From positions 540-64,539 of the forward strand of contig DASYUM010000308.1 of assembly GCA_036001225.1 (NCBI GenBank): a DNA stretch of 64,000 bases. Reading direction: 5' to 3'. The position numbers and the translations under genes are program-made. Source of the stretch: Candidatus Methylomirabilota bacterium. GTDB taxonomy: Bacteria > Methylomirabilota > Methylomirabilia > Rokubacteriales > DASRDR01. The notes under the pieces are model-generated. The model saw nothing but the letters and a program-made list of their open reading frames with translations, was not told the DNA's origin and did no database searches. Shown here one piece after another: positions 48,634-58,318 of this stretch (positions are counted from its first letter, which is position 1; each line of letters begins with the position of its first letter).

Positions 48634-49509
48634 GTGCCCGAGAGTGGACGCGTGCCTGCGCGGGGGTCGGGGGAGCCGCCGGACTTCGTCGCCGTCGGCC
48701 ATGTCACCGTAGACGAGCTCCCGGCCGGGCTCCGCCCGGGCGGCTCCGTGCTCTACGCCGGACTGCTCGCCCATCACCTGGGCCTCCGAGTCGCCCTGGT
48801 GACGAGCTACGGGCCGGACTTCCCGCTCGACGTGCTGCCGCCCGAGATCGAGGTGGTGGTGGTACCGGCCCCGGCCACCACGCGCTTCGCGCTCGACTAC
48901 GGGCCGGCCGGCCGGACCCTCACGTTACGGGCGCGGGCAACCGCGCTGGCGCCGCACCACCTGCCGCCGCACCTGGCGGAGGCCGGGCTCGCCTATCTGG
49001 CGCCGGTCGCTGACGAGGTCGCTCCCGAGTTCGCGGCGGCGTTCCCGAACGCCGCCGTCGGCGTGGGAGCCCAGGGCTGGTGCCGGCGTTGGGACCGGGA
49101 CGGGCGCGTCAGCATGCGGCCGTGGCCCGACCCGCGGCCCGTCCTCGCCCGGGCCCAGGCGCTTTTCCTGTCGAGCGACGATGTGGCCGGCTGGGAGCCG
49201 CAGGCGTTCGAGCTGTACCAACACGTCCCGCTCGGCGCCCTGACCCTCGCGGCCCGCGGCGCCATCCTCTTCGTGAACGGAGAGCGGCACCCGGTGGCGC
49301 CGGCACCGGCCACCGAGGTCGAGCCGACGGGCGCCGGCGACGTCTTTGCGGCCGCGTTCCTGATCCGCTACAACGCGGGCGGGGACCCCTACGAGGCGGC
49401 GTCCTTCGCCGCGGTGGCGGGTGCGCTCACCGTGGAGGCGGAAGGAATCCGCGGGGTCCCCGCGCGCGCTGCGCTCGAAAGCCGCTGGCGCGCGTTCCAG
49501 CTGCGCTGA
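48634..49509 (+). CDS. PfkB-family carbohydrate kinase
   Basis: C-terminal ATP-binding motif PTGAGDVFAAAFL. An alternative GTG start exists at 48652. Confidence 0.75.
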   Translation: MPESGRVPARGSGEPPDFVAVGHVTVDELPAGLRPGGSVLYAGLLAHHLGLRVALVTSYGPDFPLDVLPPEIEVVVVPAPATTRFALDYGPAGRTLTLRARATALAPHHLPPHLAEAGLAYLAPVADEVAPEFAAAFPNAAVGVGAQGWCRRWDRDGRVSMRPWPDPRPVLARAQALFLSSDDVAGWEPQAFELYQHVPLGALTLAARGAILFVNGERHPVAPAPATEVEPTGAGDVFAAAFLIRYNAGGDPYEAASFAAVAGALTVEAEGIRGVPARAALESRWRAFQLR

Positions 49510-49519
49510 GCCCGTCGGT

Positions 49520-49600
49520 TTAGTGGAAGACGCCCAGTAGCCAGAGGATGATGATCACGCTGAGCGGGACCCCGAGCAGCCAGAGCAGAAGCGGCACCAT
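49520..49600 (-). CDS. 26-aa hydrophobic single-TM peptide (MVPLLLWLLGVPLSVIIILWLLGVFH)
   Basis: ATG with a strong AAAGGAG RBS 7 nt upstream and a TAA stop. The peptide is entirely hydrophobic. Confidence 0.35.
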   Translation of the reverse strand: MVPLLLWLLGVPLSVIIILWLLGVFH

Positions 49601-49706
49601 TGTCGTTCTCCTTTAGCCATCAGCCCCGCCGACCGCGACGGAGCGGAAACTGCTTCAGGAGGATAGCAATGCGGATGCCGGGCTCGGCGCCCACACCTCC
49701 AGCGGG

Positions 49707-49973
49707 TTACTGAAGTATGCCGGCACGCCTCGGGTGAGCGACGCGCTCTGGATCGAAGCCGGGGGGCGAAGCCCCCCGCTGAGGATCTAGCGCCGCGGTC
49801 CTGATTCCGCCCACCTGCCGCCGCCAGCGCCATTCGTTGAGGAGCTGGCCATAACGGTGCTGCCCGTAGAGCCAGACGCCGCTCGCGCACGCCAGGACGA
49901 TACCGATGAGCAGGCCGAGGAGGACCTGGCGAGTGAGAGCGAGCCGACGCTTGCCGTCGAGGATGCCGAGCAC
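49707..49973 (-). CDS. Hypothetical small membrane protein (88 aa)
   Basis: GTG start with GGGAGGG upstream. One TM helix. It contains a 7-bp GC hairpin (49760-49784) near its 3' end. The call is weak. Confidence 0.25.
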   Translation of the reverse strand: MLGILDGKRRLALTRQVLLGLLIGIVLACASGVWLYGQHRYGQLLNEWRWRRQVGGIRTAALDPQRGASPPGFDPERVAHPRRAGILQ

Positions 49974-50108
49974 GTTGTCCCTCCCTGAAATGGGGCGCGA
50001 TCACCCGCGGGCCGGTGGCGGCTGGCGGCCGCGCCGCGCGGGCCGAGCGAGTATGGCGGCCGGCGGCCGCGGCTGCCATCGGGTGTTTCCCCTAGGCGAG
50101 CGCGGATC

Positions 50109-50756
50109 TCAAGGGCGCTGGAGCCGGCGCTCGGCGCGCTCGGCGAGCAGCGAGAGGGGGAAGCAGAGCGCGAAGTAGAGGGCGGCCGCCGTGAGGTACA
50201 GCTCGAAGGGGTGCAGTGTCCGCTCGATGGATTCTTGGGCGGCGCGGGTCAGTTCGAAGACGCCGATGATGGCGGCCAGGGACGTGTCCTTGACCAGGAT
50301 GGTGCAGAGACCGACGAACGGCGGCAGCATGCGCCGAAGCGCCTGGGGCAGGATCACGAAGCGCAACGCCTGCACGGTGGTCAGCCCCGTCGAGCGAGCG
50401 GCCTCGGTCTGGCCACGGGGGATCGACTGCACGGCGCCCCGCACGACCTCGGACGTGTTCGCCGTCATCCACAGGCTGAGCGCGAGGACGGCGGCTGGCC
50501 AGGTCGGGATGCGGAGGCCGACCGCCGGCAGGCCGAAGAAGATGAAGAAGAGGAGGAGCAGGAGGGGGGTGGCCCGGACGACCTCCACGATCGCAGTGAC
50601 CGCCGCCCGGGCCGGCGCCGAGGGCACGAAGCGGAGGAGTCCCACCAGCAGGCCGGCCACGGTGCCGAGGAGGATGACGCCGCCAGCGAGGGCGGCGGTC
50701 GAGACGGTGCCCCGGAGCAGATAGGCCAGGTTCTCCTGGACGACCGCGAGGCTCAT
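50109..50756 (-). CDS. Amino-acid ABC transporter permease (His/Glu/Gln/Arg/opine family)
   Basis: EAA-like TEAARSTGLTTVQALRFVILPQA. Confidence 0.8.
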   Translation of the reverse strand: MSLAVVQENLAYLLRGTVSTAALAGGVILLGTVAGLLVGLLRFVPSAPARAAVTAIVEVVRATPLLLLLFFIFFGLPAVGLRIPTWPAAVLALSLWMTANTSEVVRGAVQSIPRGQTEAARSTGLTTVQALRFVILPQALRRMLPPFVGLCTILVKDTSLAAIIGVFELTRAAQESIERTLHPFELYLTAAALYFALCFPLSLLAERAERRLQRP

Positions 50757-50781
50757 GCTCTCGGGCCGATGCGCGAGCGGG

Positions 50782-51441
50782 TCACGTGGCGACCCGCAGT
50801 CGGCGCTCGGCCAGCGCGAGCCCGCGGCTGAGCCCCAGGACGAGCAGGACGTAGAGGAGGGCGGTCGCCCCGTAGATCTCGAACGAGCGAAAGTTGTTGA
50901 ACGAGATGTCGTTGGCCACGAACATCAGCTCCACCATACCGATCGTCGAGACCAGCGCGGAGTTCTTCACCAGCGAGATCAGGTTGTTGCCGAGGGCGGG
51001 CAGGCAGATCCGGACCGCCTGGGGGACGACGACGTAGCGGGCCGTCTGGAGCGGCGAGAGCCCCGTCGAGCGGGCCGCCTCGTGCTGGCCCCGGGGCACT
51101 GCCTCCAGGCCGGCCCGGAAGATCTCGGCGTTGTAGGCGGCGGCGTAGAGCGTCAGCGCCGAGAGCCCGGACAGGAAGGGCGACAGGCGGAGCCCGACCT
51201 GGGGGAGGCCGAAGTAGACGATGAAGATCTGGATGAGGAGCGGCGTGTTGCGGAAGACCTCGATGTAGGCGCGGACCACCCCTCGCCCGAGCCGGCCCCC
51301 GGCCTGGGAGAGCAGGGCCACCAGCAATCCCAGGCCGATGGCCAGCAGCATTGCGGTGGATGAGATGAGGACCGTGAGGCCGGCGCCCTCCAGGAGATAG
51401 GGGAAGCCGCGCCAGACGGCGCCGGGATCGAAGGCGTACAC
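50782..51441 (-). CDS. Amino-acid ABC transporter permease
   Basis: EAA-like HEAARSTGLSPLQTARYVVVPQA. Confidence 0.8.
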   Translation of the reverse strand: MYAFDPGAVWRGFPYLLEGAGLTVLISSTAMLLAIGLGLLVALLSQAGGRLGRGVVRAYIEVFRNTPLLIQIFIVYFGLPQVGLRLSPFLSGLSALTLYAAAYNAEIFRAGLEAVPRGQHEAARSTGLSPLQTARYVVVPQAVRICLPALGNNLISLVKNSALVSTIGMVELMFVANDISFNNFRSFEIYGATALLYVLLVLGLSRGLALAERRLRVAT

Positions 51442-51456
51442 GCGCCGCCCGGCGGC

Positions 51457-52251
51457 TCAGGACGCGAGCCGGGCCCGGGCGTCGCGCAGCATCTCGATGA
51501 GGACGGCGCGGGCGTCGGCGGGCGTCGCCACCTCGCGCGGGAAAGCCAGCCGCCGGCTGGAGACGCGGTCCCCGCGCGTGATCCGCAGCTTAAAGCCGAG
51601 ACGATCCACCGAGACCATCGCCGCCGCGTCGGCCTCCACCCCGGCCAGGGCACGGGCGAAGGTGACGAGGGCATCGGCGTGGTCCCGGTTCATGTGGTCC
51701 ACGATCCCGGCCGCCGCGTCGGCCAGGGGGTCGGGACGGGCGGCGCCGTAGGTGTCGCCGGCCACCCAGTCCATCGCGGCAAAGCCGCCGACGAAGTAGA
51801 CGTCCTCGACCGTGAGCCGCCAGAAGGCGAAGTCCCCGAAGTCCACCCAGTAGCTCGCGGCCGGATGTCGGGCCAGATAGGTCGGCCGCGCCGCTGCGAC
51901 GTCGGCCGCGGCCAGCCGGGCGGCACGGCCCATCAGCGTGACTCGGCCCGCGGCCAGGGGGTCCCCACCCCAGCCGGGCTGGCTGACGAAGAGGCTGGCT
52001 CGGGGGTCGGCCTCGAGATTCTGGGTATGCATGGCGAGCGCGCTGATGAGGAAGAGCGGCTGGCCGGCTTCGTCGGGCGCGTACGGCATCAGCGAGCCGA
52101 AGGGGTGGCCGGGATGCTTGCGCGAGAGCGTGGCCAGCGTCCCGATCCGCCCGAGATAGCCGAGCGTGCGGGCCCGCTCGGCGTAGCTCGGCTCGGGAAC
52201 CGGCGCCGGCTCCGGCTCGCCCTCGGAGGCGGGCACCGCGTGGCTGGTCAC
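51457..52251 (-). CDS. Pyridoxamine-5'-phosphate-oxidase-like / HugZ-like protein with DUF2470-type C-terminus
   Basis: GTG start chosen downstream of the trpS stop. PNPOx-fold blocks ATLATLSRK...GHPFGSLMPYA..., and a C-terminal DUF2470-like region. The start is uncertain. Confidence 0.5.
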   Translation of the reverse strand: MTSHAVPASEGEPEPAPVPEPSYAERARTLGYLGRIGTLATLSRKHPGHPFGSLMPYAPDEAGQPLFLISALAMHTQNLEADPRASLFVSQPGWGGDPLAAGRVTLMGRAARLAAADVAAARPTYLARHPAASYWVDFGDFAFWRLTVEDVYFVGGFAAMDWVAGDTYGAARPDPLADAAAGIVDHMNRDHADALVTFARALAGVEADAAAMVSVDRLGFKLRITRGDRVSSRRLAFPREVATPADARAVLIEMLRDARARLAS

Positions 52252-52306
52252 GAGTCTACCCTCGGCAACATCGCTCCCGTGGACCGACCGATGGAACCGG
52301 GCCGAC

Positions 52307-53296
52307 TCACGGCAGTCGGGGGGCGACGAAGCCCATGCGCTCGTACATCTGGCCGAGGGTCGGGGCGGAGGCGGCCCGGGCTCGCTCGGCGCCCCGGGCC
52401 AGCAGTCGCCCCAGCTCTTCAGGGTCCGCCCGGAGCGCCTCGTAGCGCTTGCGGATCGGTTCGAAGAGGGCGATGACCGCCTCCCCGACGTCATCCTTGA
52501 ACCGCCCGTAGCCCTGCCCGGCGTAGCGGGCCTCGATGGCCGGCGGCGGCTCACCGGTGGCGACCGACAGGATCTCGATCAGGTTGCTGATGCCGGGCTT
52601 GTCGGCTGCCCGGCGCACCTCGCGGCCGGAGTCGGTCACTGCGCTCTTGAACTTGGCGCGGATCACCTCGGGCGGATCGAGGACGTGGACCGTCCCCTGC
52701 GGCGTGCCGCCGGTGGTGGACATCTTCCGAGTCGGGTCCTGAAGGTCCATGATGCGCGCGCCGACCTCGGGGAAGATCCCCTCCGGGAGGACGAATGTCT
52801 CGCCGAAGCGGGCGTTGAACCGGGCGGCGATGTCGCGGGCCAGCTCGAGGTGCTGGCGCTGGTCGTCGCCGATCGGCACCCGGTCGGTTCGGTAGAGGAG
52901 GATGTCAGCCGCCATCAGGACGGGGTAGGTGAAGAGGTCGGCCGACACGAATTCCTGGCGTTCCGACTTGTCCTTGAACTGGGTCATCCGGCGCAGCTCG
53001 CCGACGCTGGTCACCGCGCCCAGGAGCCAGGCCGCTTCTGGATGGGCGGTGACGTGGCTCTGGACGAAGACCGTCGAGCGCTCGGGATCCATCCCGGTCG
53101 CGAAGAGCATCGCCGCCAGGTCGAGGGTGCGCATCCTGAGGTCTTCGGGCTCGTACGGGACGGTGATCGAGTGGAGGTCGACGATGCAGAGAAACGTCTC
53201 CCCCTGGCTCTGGAGGGCGGCGTACTGGCGGAAGCCGCCCGAGTAGTTGCCGAGGTGCTTGGCCCCGGTCGGCTGGATGCCCGAGAAGATCCGCAC
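52307..53296 (-). CDS. trpS: Tryptophan--tRNA ligase
   Basis: Class I motifs: IFSGIQPTGAKHLGNY (HIGH-like) and KMSTTGG (KMSKS). GTG start assumed. Confidence 0.85.
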   Translation of the reverse strand: MRIFSGIQPTGAKHLGNYSGGFRQYAALQSQGETFLCIVDLHSITVPYEPEDLRMRTLDLAAMLFATGMDPERSTVFVQSHVTAHPEAAWLLGAVTSVGELRRMTQFKDKSERQEFVSADLFTYPVLMAADILLYRTDRVPIGDDQRQHLELARDIAARFNARFGETFVLPEGIFPEVGARIMDLQDPTRKMSTTGGTPQGTVHVLDPPEVIRAKFKSAVTDSGREVRRAADKPGISNLIEILSVATGEPPPAIEARYAGQGYGRFKDDVGEAVIALFEPIRKRYEALRADPEELGRLLARGAERARAASAPTLGQMYERMGFVAPRLP

Positions 53297-53521
53297 GCCC
53301 GAGATTGTACCCTCCAGCCGCCGTGGACGCACCGTCGCCGTGACCGGTTTCCTGACAGCCCCGCCGATTCGCCCCGGCGTCCAACCCCGCGTTTTTACGT
53401 GTGGCACGTGCTTTGTATCAGAATCGATCAGCCGCAGGCCTACCCGGTCGCCTCTCCAGGCCTGCCTCGGCGCGGACCAGCCGCGGAGAGGCGAGAGAGC
53501 CTGCTGCGAGGAGGTCACAGG

Positions 53522-54190
53522 ATGAGAAGCATAGCCCTCAGCGTCGCCGTTCTCGTCCCGCTGGTGTTCGGCGGGAATGCCGCCCTGGCGGCCGGCCAGA
53601 AAAAGGCGGTCAGCGAGCACCCCGCGCCGTTCCGGCAAGTGGAAGACATGGACAAGCTCCGGGATTGGCGGGGCAGCAAGCTGATCGGAAGCCACGTGAA
53701 GGACAAGGCCGGTCGGGACATCGGCAAGATCGAGGATCTGCTCGTCGAGCGCGATGGCCGCATCACCCACGCCGTGCTCTCGTTCGGCGGGCTGCTCGGC
53801 GTCGGCGATCGCCTCTACGTGGTGCCCTGGTCGACCATGCGAGTCGAGCGCACCGATAAAGACAACGTGACGGTGATGCTGGACAACGTCAAGAAGGAGG
53901 ACCTGGAAAAGGCGCCTCGCTACACCGAGAAGGGACCTCGCTACGGCGAGGAACCGGCCGCGCGTCCTCGCGAGGCCCGGATGGACGGCATGATCACCGC
54001 CGAGGTGAAGACCAAGCTGGCTCGTGAGAAGCTCGGCACGCTGACCAAGGTGGACGTGGACACCAAGGAAGGCGTGGTGTACCTCACGGGCACCGTGGAC
54101 AGCGAGTCGATGAAGGCGCGCGCCAGCGCGTTGGCGCGTCAGGTCAAGGGTGTCCGCGACGTGAAGAACGACCTGCGGGTGAGCGGCTAG
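53522..54190 (+). CDS. Secreted PRC-barrel + BON domain protein
   Basis: GAGGAGG RBS. Signal peptide. PRC-barrel block (LIGSHVKDKAGRDIGKIEDLLVERDGRITHAVLSFGG) and BON block (VYLTGTVDSESMKARASALARQVKGVRDVKNDLRV). Confidence 0.6.
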   Translation: MRSIALSVAVLVPLVFGGNAALAAGQKKAVSEHPAPFRQVEDMDKLRDWRGSKLIGSHVKDKAGRDIGKIEDLLVERDGRITHAVLSFGGLLGVGDRLYVVPWSTMRVERTDKDNVTVMLDNVKKEDLEKAPRYTEKGPRYGEEPAARPREARMDGMITAEVKTKLAREKLGTLTKVDVDTKEGVVYLTGTVDSESMKARASALARQVKGVRDVKNDLRVSG

Positions 54191-54222
54191 CGGACGACGT
54201 CCGCTTCCCCTACCGCGGGGAT

Positions 54223-54277
54223 GGCAGGCGGATCGGGCGAGCGGGCGACTCCCGTGCCCGGTCCGCCTGCCTTTTTC
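54223..54277 (+). terminator. Rho-independent terminator: 10-bp stem GGCAGGCGGA...TCCGCCTGCC followed by TTTTT
   Basis: Seen in the sequence. It sits between convergent genes. Confidence 0.55.
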
Positions 54278-54287
54278 GGCGGACGAT

Positions 54288-55091
54288 TCACGGCTTGACG
54301 AGGTTCGCTTCGACTTCGCCGAAGTACTTCTTCCAGAGCCGGTCGTAGGTGCCGTCGGCCCGCATCTTCTGGAGCTGGCCGTTCACCCAGTTGATGAACT
54401 CGCTGTCGCCCTTCCGGACCGCGATCCCGTAGGGACGGGGAATGAAGGGCTTCCCGACCACCTTCAGGTCCTGATTCTCCCTCTCCTTGACGAGCGAGAG
54501 CAGCAGCACGTCGTCGTGGACGTAGGCCTCGGCCCGGCCCCCCTTCACGGCCAGGAGGGCCTCCGAGACCTTGCCGAACTTCACCCGGTTGGCCTGGGGC
54601 GCGAGCTGGGCCACGTCCTGGTCCTGGATCGCGCCTTGGATCACCGCCACCGTTTTGCCGTTGAGGTCCTTCACGTCCTGGATGGGGCTGGCCTTGGGGA
54701 CGAGGACGAGCGAGCCGGAGAGGAAATAGGGGTCGGAGAACTCGACAACCTGCCGCCGCTCGTCGGTGATGGTCACGGTCGCGATGATGATGTCGATCTT
54801 CCCGCTCTGGAGGAAGGGGATGCGGTTGCCGGAGGTGACCGCCACGAACTCCACCTTCCCGGGGTCGCCGAACAGGGCCTGGGCGAAGAGGTGCCCCAGT
54901 TCGACGTCGAAGCCGAGATTCTTGCCCTGGGCGTCCACGTAGCCGAAGGGCGGGAAATCGGTCTTGACGCCCGCCACCAGCTTGCCGCGCTTCTTGACGT
55001 CGTCGAGGGTGCCGGCGGCTGCGCCGGCGACCAGCCCGAGGGCGACGCCGCAGAGGGTGAGCCAGGCGGAGAGGACCATCCATCGCCGCAT
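54288..55091 (-). CDS. Amino-acid ABC transporter substrate-binding protein
   Basis: AGGAGG RBS. Signal peptide. Family-3 SBP blocks. Confidence 0.8.
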   Translation of the reverse strand: MRRWMVLSAWLTLCGVALGLVAGAAAGTLDDVKKRGKLVAGVKTDFPPFGYVDAQGKNLGFDVELGHLFAQALFGDPGKVEFVAVTSGNRIPFLQSGKIDIIIATVTITDERRQVVEFSDPYFLSGSLVLVPKASPIQDVKDLNGKTVAVIQGAIQDQDVAQLAPQANRVKFGKVSEALLAVKGGRAEAYVHDDVLLLSLVKERENQDLKVVGKPFIPRPYGIAVRKGDSEFINWVNGQLQKMRADGTYDRLWKKYFGEVEANLVKP

Positions 55092-55101
55092 ACCGGACCT
55101 C

Positions 55102-55272
55102 CTATCGGGGGTGAGGCCGCCGGACGGGGACTTGAACGCCGTTCCGGACGACGCCGATCGGGACCAGCCGCCGGCTGGCGGTGACCTTCTCGCCGGCGGC
55201 ATCCTCCAGCTCGAAGTGCCCGTCGGCGAGCTGGAGCAGGGTGACATCCGCCTTTGCGCCCGGCTTGAGCAT
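55102..55272 (-). CDS. Small hypothetical protein (56 aa) translationally coupled to the upstream LLM gene
   Basis: ATG overlaps the LLM TGA (TGATG). Confidence 0.3.
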   Translation of the reverse strand: MLKPGAKADVTLLQLADGHFELEDAAGEKVTASRRLVPIGVVRNGVQVPVRRPHPR

Positions 55273-56414
55273 CAGCGCCGCACGAAGTGCGGCATGACGT
55301 CGCGGGCAAACCACCGCAGCTGCTCCATGAACTCGGCCGGCGGCACCCCCTCCGGCCAGTGGAGCATGAGCTGCTCGAGCCCGGGGTACTTCGCTTCGTA
55401 CTCGCGGATCAGCCCGATGCAGTCGGCGGGCGAGCCGACCATCCAGGCCTTCTGCTCGACCCCCTCCTGAATCGTCGGGACTCGGGCCGGGGCGCCGGGG
55501 GTGCCCCACGGCCGCCCCTCGGGGTCGGCGTAGCGGACGAAACCGAAGGGCGCGAACCACTTGTAGCGCTCGTCGTGGGCGGCTTCCACCTCCCGGATCG
55601 CGTCCTCCCGCGTCCGGGCCATGTAGAAGCCGAGGCCGAGACACAGATCCTGGCCCAGCTCGAGCCGGTCGCCGTGGCGGGCCCGGGCGTCCCGGTAGGC
55701 ACGGAAGACCTGGTCGGTGACCCGCTCGCCGTTGAGCGTCACCATGCCCTTGATCCGGTGGCGGGCCATGAACTCGATCGACTTGCCGCTGGCGATCGGC
55801 TGCCAGATCTCGACCGGCCGGTGGACCGGGCGGGGGACGAGCGTCACCTCGGTCAGCTCGTAGCCGCGGTACTTGACCCCCGGGGGCACCGTGTAGTGCT
55901 TGCCCCGATGGCTGAAGGCTTCCTCGTTCCAGGCCTTCAGCATCAGCTCGAACTGCTCCTCGAACAGCTCCATGTTCGCGGCCTGGTCGAGGACGGGCGC
56001 GCCGAACGACTCGACCTCACGCGAGTGATAGCCGCGCCCGATGCCCATGATCACCCGGCCATCGGTGAGGATGTCGGCCACCGCGTAGTCCTCGGCCAGC
56101 CGGATCGGGTGCCACATCGGGAGGACGTTGAACGCGCAGCCGAACCGGAGCCGTCGCGTCACCGCCGCCAGGTAGGTCCCGAGCAGGATCAGGTTGGGGA
56201 GGACCTCGTAGCCCTCGCGCTGGAAGTGGTGCTCGGCCGTCCACAGGCAGTAGTAGCCGAGGTCGTCCATGAGCCGGGCGACCTCGACCGCGGTGCGGTG
56301 GCCCTCGACCAGCCGCTCGTTCGAGTATCGCCGGGCGTCGGCGGGCGTCCCGTGCTTGCCGATCTTCTCCAGCTCGATCTGGCCGACGTAGAGGGCCGAG
56401 AACTGGTGGATCAT
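55272..56414 (-). CDS. LLM-class (luciferase-like) flavin-dependent oxidoreductase
   Basis: 380 aa with the bacterial-luciferase-fold pattern. Confidence 0.8.
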   Translation of the reverse strand: MIHQFSALYVGQIELEKIGKHGTPADARRYSNERLVEGHRTAVEVARLMDDLGYYCLWTAEHHFQREGYEVLPNLILLGTYLAAVTRRLRFGCAFNVLPMWHPIRLAEDYAVADILTDGRVIMGIGRGYHSREVESFGAPVLDQAANMELFEEQFELMLKAWNEEAFSHRGKHYTVPPGVKYRGYELTEVTLVPRPVHRPVEIWQPIASGKSIEFMARHRIKGMVTLNGERVTDQVFRAYRDARARHGDRLELGQDLCLGLGFYMARTREDAIREVEAAHDERYKWFAPFGFVRYADPEGRPWGTPGAPARVPTIQEGVEQKAWMVGSPADCIGLIREYEAKYPGLEQLMLHWPEGVPPAEFMEQLRWFARDVMPHFVRR

Positions 56415-56462
56415 GGGCCGATTCTAGCAGGAGTTGACCGGTCCCGGCGCGGGGCCTAGTCG

Positions 56463-56492
56463 CTCGGAGGGGTGTCGGAACACCCCTCCGAG
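56463..56492 (+). other. Perfect 12-bp-stem hairpin CTCGGAGGGGTG-TCGGAA-CACCCCTCCGAG; a degenerate copy GCTCGGAGCGGAACAC at 56538-56553
   Basis: Seen in the sequence, in the divergent intergenic region. Member of the repeat family. Confidence 0.4.
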
Positions 56493-56610
56493 GCCTACCC
56501 TTTAGGGTTGGGTGGGTGGGCGCGTGGCAAAGCCCGCGCTCGGAGCGGAACACCTGGCCGTCGGCGTACTGCAGACGGTCGGCGCCCGATCTTTCTGCTA
56601 GGGTCGAGGC

Positions 56611-57519
56611 ATGGCCACCGCGGACGAGCTGGCCGCGCGATTCGGCATTCCCGACGTCATCCGGTTCGAGGCGGTGGCCGGTGGCCTGGTCCGTGCGGTC
56701 GTCACGACGCCGGTGGCCGAGGCCCACGTCTACGACCAGGGCGCCCACCTGGCTCACTACCAGTCCGCCGGCGCGGCGCCGCTCCTGTTCCTGAGCGCCC
56801 GCAGCCGCTTCACGCCGGGCCAGCCGATCCGCGGCGGCGTCCCGCTGGTCTTTCCGTGGTTCGCCGCCCGCGCCGGGGATCGGACCGCTCCCACCCACGG
56901 CTTCGCCCGGTCCCGCGAATGGCGGCTGGAGGCGGCCGAGCGCCGCGGCGACAGCGGGGTCACGCTGGCCCTCCGGCTCGAGCCTGACCCGGAGACGCGG
57001 CGGCTCTGGCCCCACGACTTCGTCCTCCGCTACCGGGTCGGGCTCGGGACCGCGCTCGAGCTGGCCCTCGAGGTCACGAATCCGACCGACGTGGCCCTCA
57101 CCTTCGAGGCGGCCTTCCACACCTACCTGGCGGTGAGCGATGTGCGGCAGGTCGCCGTGCACGGCCTCGAAGGCGCGAGCTATCTCGACAAGACCGACGC
57201 GATGCGGCGCCAGACGCAGGGGCCGGAGCCGATCCGTTTCACGGAAGAGACCGACCGCGTGTACCTCCACACGGCAGCGACCTGCCGGGTGGACGACCCC
57301 GGGGCCGGCCGGCGGCTCGTGGTCGAGAAGGCGGGGTCGGCCACCACGGTCGTGTGGAATCCCTGGGACGCCAGGGCGCGGGCGCTCGCGGACCTCGGGG
57401 ACGACGAATGGCCGCGGATGCTCTGCATCGAGACGGCCAATGCCGCTGCCGACGCCGTCACCCTCGCCCCGGGCGCGCGCCACACGATGCGGGCGCGGGT
57501 CCGCGCCGGGCCGATCTGA
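56611..57519 (+). CDS. Aldose-1-epimerase-family protein (D-hexose-6-phosphate mutarotase-like)
   Basis: YeaD-like blocks GGVPLVFPWF and CIETAN. Confidence 0.7.
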   Translation: MATADELAARFGIPDVIRFEAVAGGLVRAVVTTPVAEAHVYDQGAHLAHYQSAGAAPLLFLSARSRFTPGQPIRGGVPLVFPWFAARAGDRTAPTHGFARSREWRLEAAERRGDSGVTLALRLEPDPETRRLWPHDFVLRYRVGLGTALELALEVTNPTDVALTFEAAFHTYLAVSDVRQVAVHGLEGASYLDKTDAMRRQTQGPEPIRFTEETDRVYLHTAATCRVDDPGAGRRLVVEKAGSATTVVWNPWDARARALADLGDDEWPRMLCIETANAAADAVTLAPGARHTMRARVRAGPI

Positions 57520-57520
57520 G

Positions 57521-58318
57521 CTAGCGGAGGCTTGCCACGAGCTCGAGCGCCGGCGACTCCGCGGCTTCGCCGAACCAGCGGAGCCGGTCGCGCAGGGCGA
57601 CGACGTTTCCGATCACCGCCACCACGGGGGGCTCTAGGCCGGCCGCCTGGGCTCGACTCACGATGTCGGCGAGGACGCCCGTCACCGTCGCCTGGGCCGC
57701 GGTGGTGCCCCAGCGGATCAGCGCCACCGGCGTGTCAGGGGCACGCCCGTGGGCGAGCAGCGCGGTGACGATGTCGGGCAGGGTGCGCACGCCCATGAGG
57801 ATGACCAGCGTGTCGACGCCGGTCGCCAGCGGTCCCCACTCGATCGCCGAGACGTCCTTGCCCGCGTCCTCGTGACCGGTGACCACGGCAAAGGAGGAAG
57901 ACAGCCCCCGGTGCGTGAGGGGGATTCCAGCGTACGCGGGGACGGCCACGGCCGAGCTGACGCCGGGGATCACCTCGAACGGAACGCCGGCCGTGGCCAG
58001 CGCCTCGGCCTCCTCACCGCCGCGGCCGAAGACGAAGGGGTCGCCGCCCTTGAGCCGCACCACCCGCCGGCCCTGGCGGGCGTGCGCGATCAGCAGGGCG
58101 TTGATCTCGGCCTGGGGCGGGCCATGGTGACCCGGGCGCTTCCCCACGGCGATCCGGCGCGCGCTCGGGGGCGCCTCGGCCAGGAGCTCGGGGTTGACGA
58201 GGCGGTCGTAGACGACGACCTCGGCCCGCCGAAGCAGCGCGAGGCCGCGCACGGTGAGCAGCCCCGGGTCTCCGGGACCGGCCCCGACCAGGTAGACCGC
58301 CCCCGCCGCCGGGCTCAC
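57521..58318 (-). CDS. cobA: Uroporphyrinogen-III C-methyltransferase (SUMT)
   Basis: [33 protein letters not shown], and GVSSAVA. GTG start overlaps the upstream stop (GTGA). Confidence 0.8.
   Translation of the reverse strand: MSPAAGAVYLVGAGPGDPGLLTVRGLALLRRAEVVVYDRLVNPELLAEAPPSARRIAVGKRPGHHGPPQAEINALLIAHARQGRRVVRLKGGDPFVFGRGGEEAEALATAGVPFEVIPGVSSAVAVPAYAGIPLTHRGLSSSFAVVTGHEDAGKDVSAIEWGPLATGVDTLVILMGVRTLPDIVTALLAHGRAPDTPVALIRWGTTAAQATVTGVLADIVSRAQAAGLEPPVVAVIGNVVALRDRLRWFGEAAESPALELVASLR

Noticed and set aside
53297-53521. Possible T-box riboswitch upstream of trpS.
   Set aside because: Reverse-complement inspection found no T-box consensus (AATTAGGGTGGNACCGCG) or specifier-loop architecture. 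The leader is only about 200 nt and is shared with a divergent gene.
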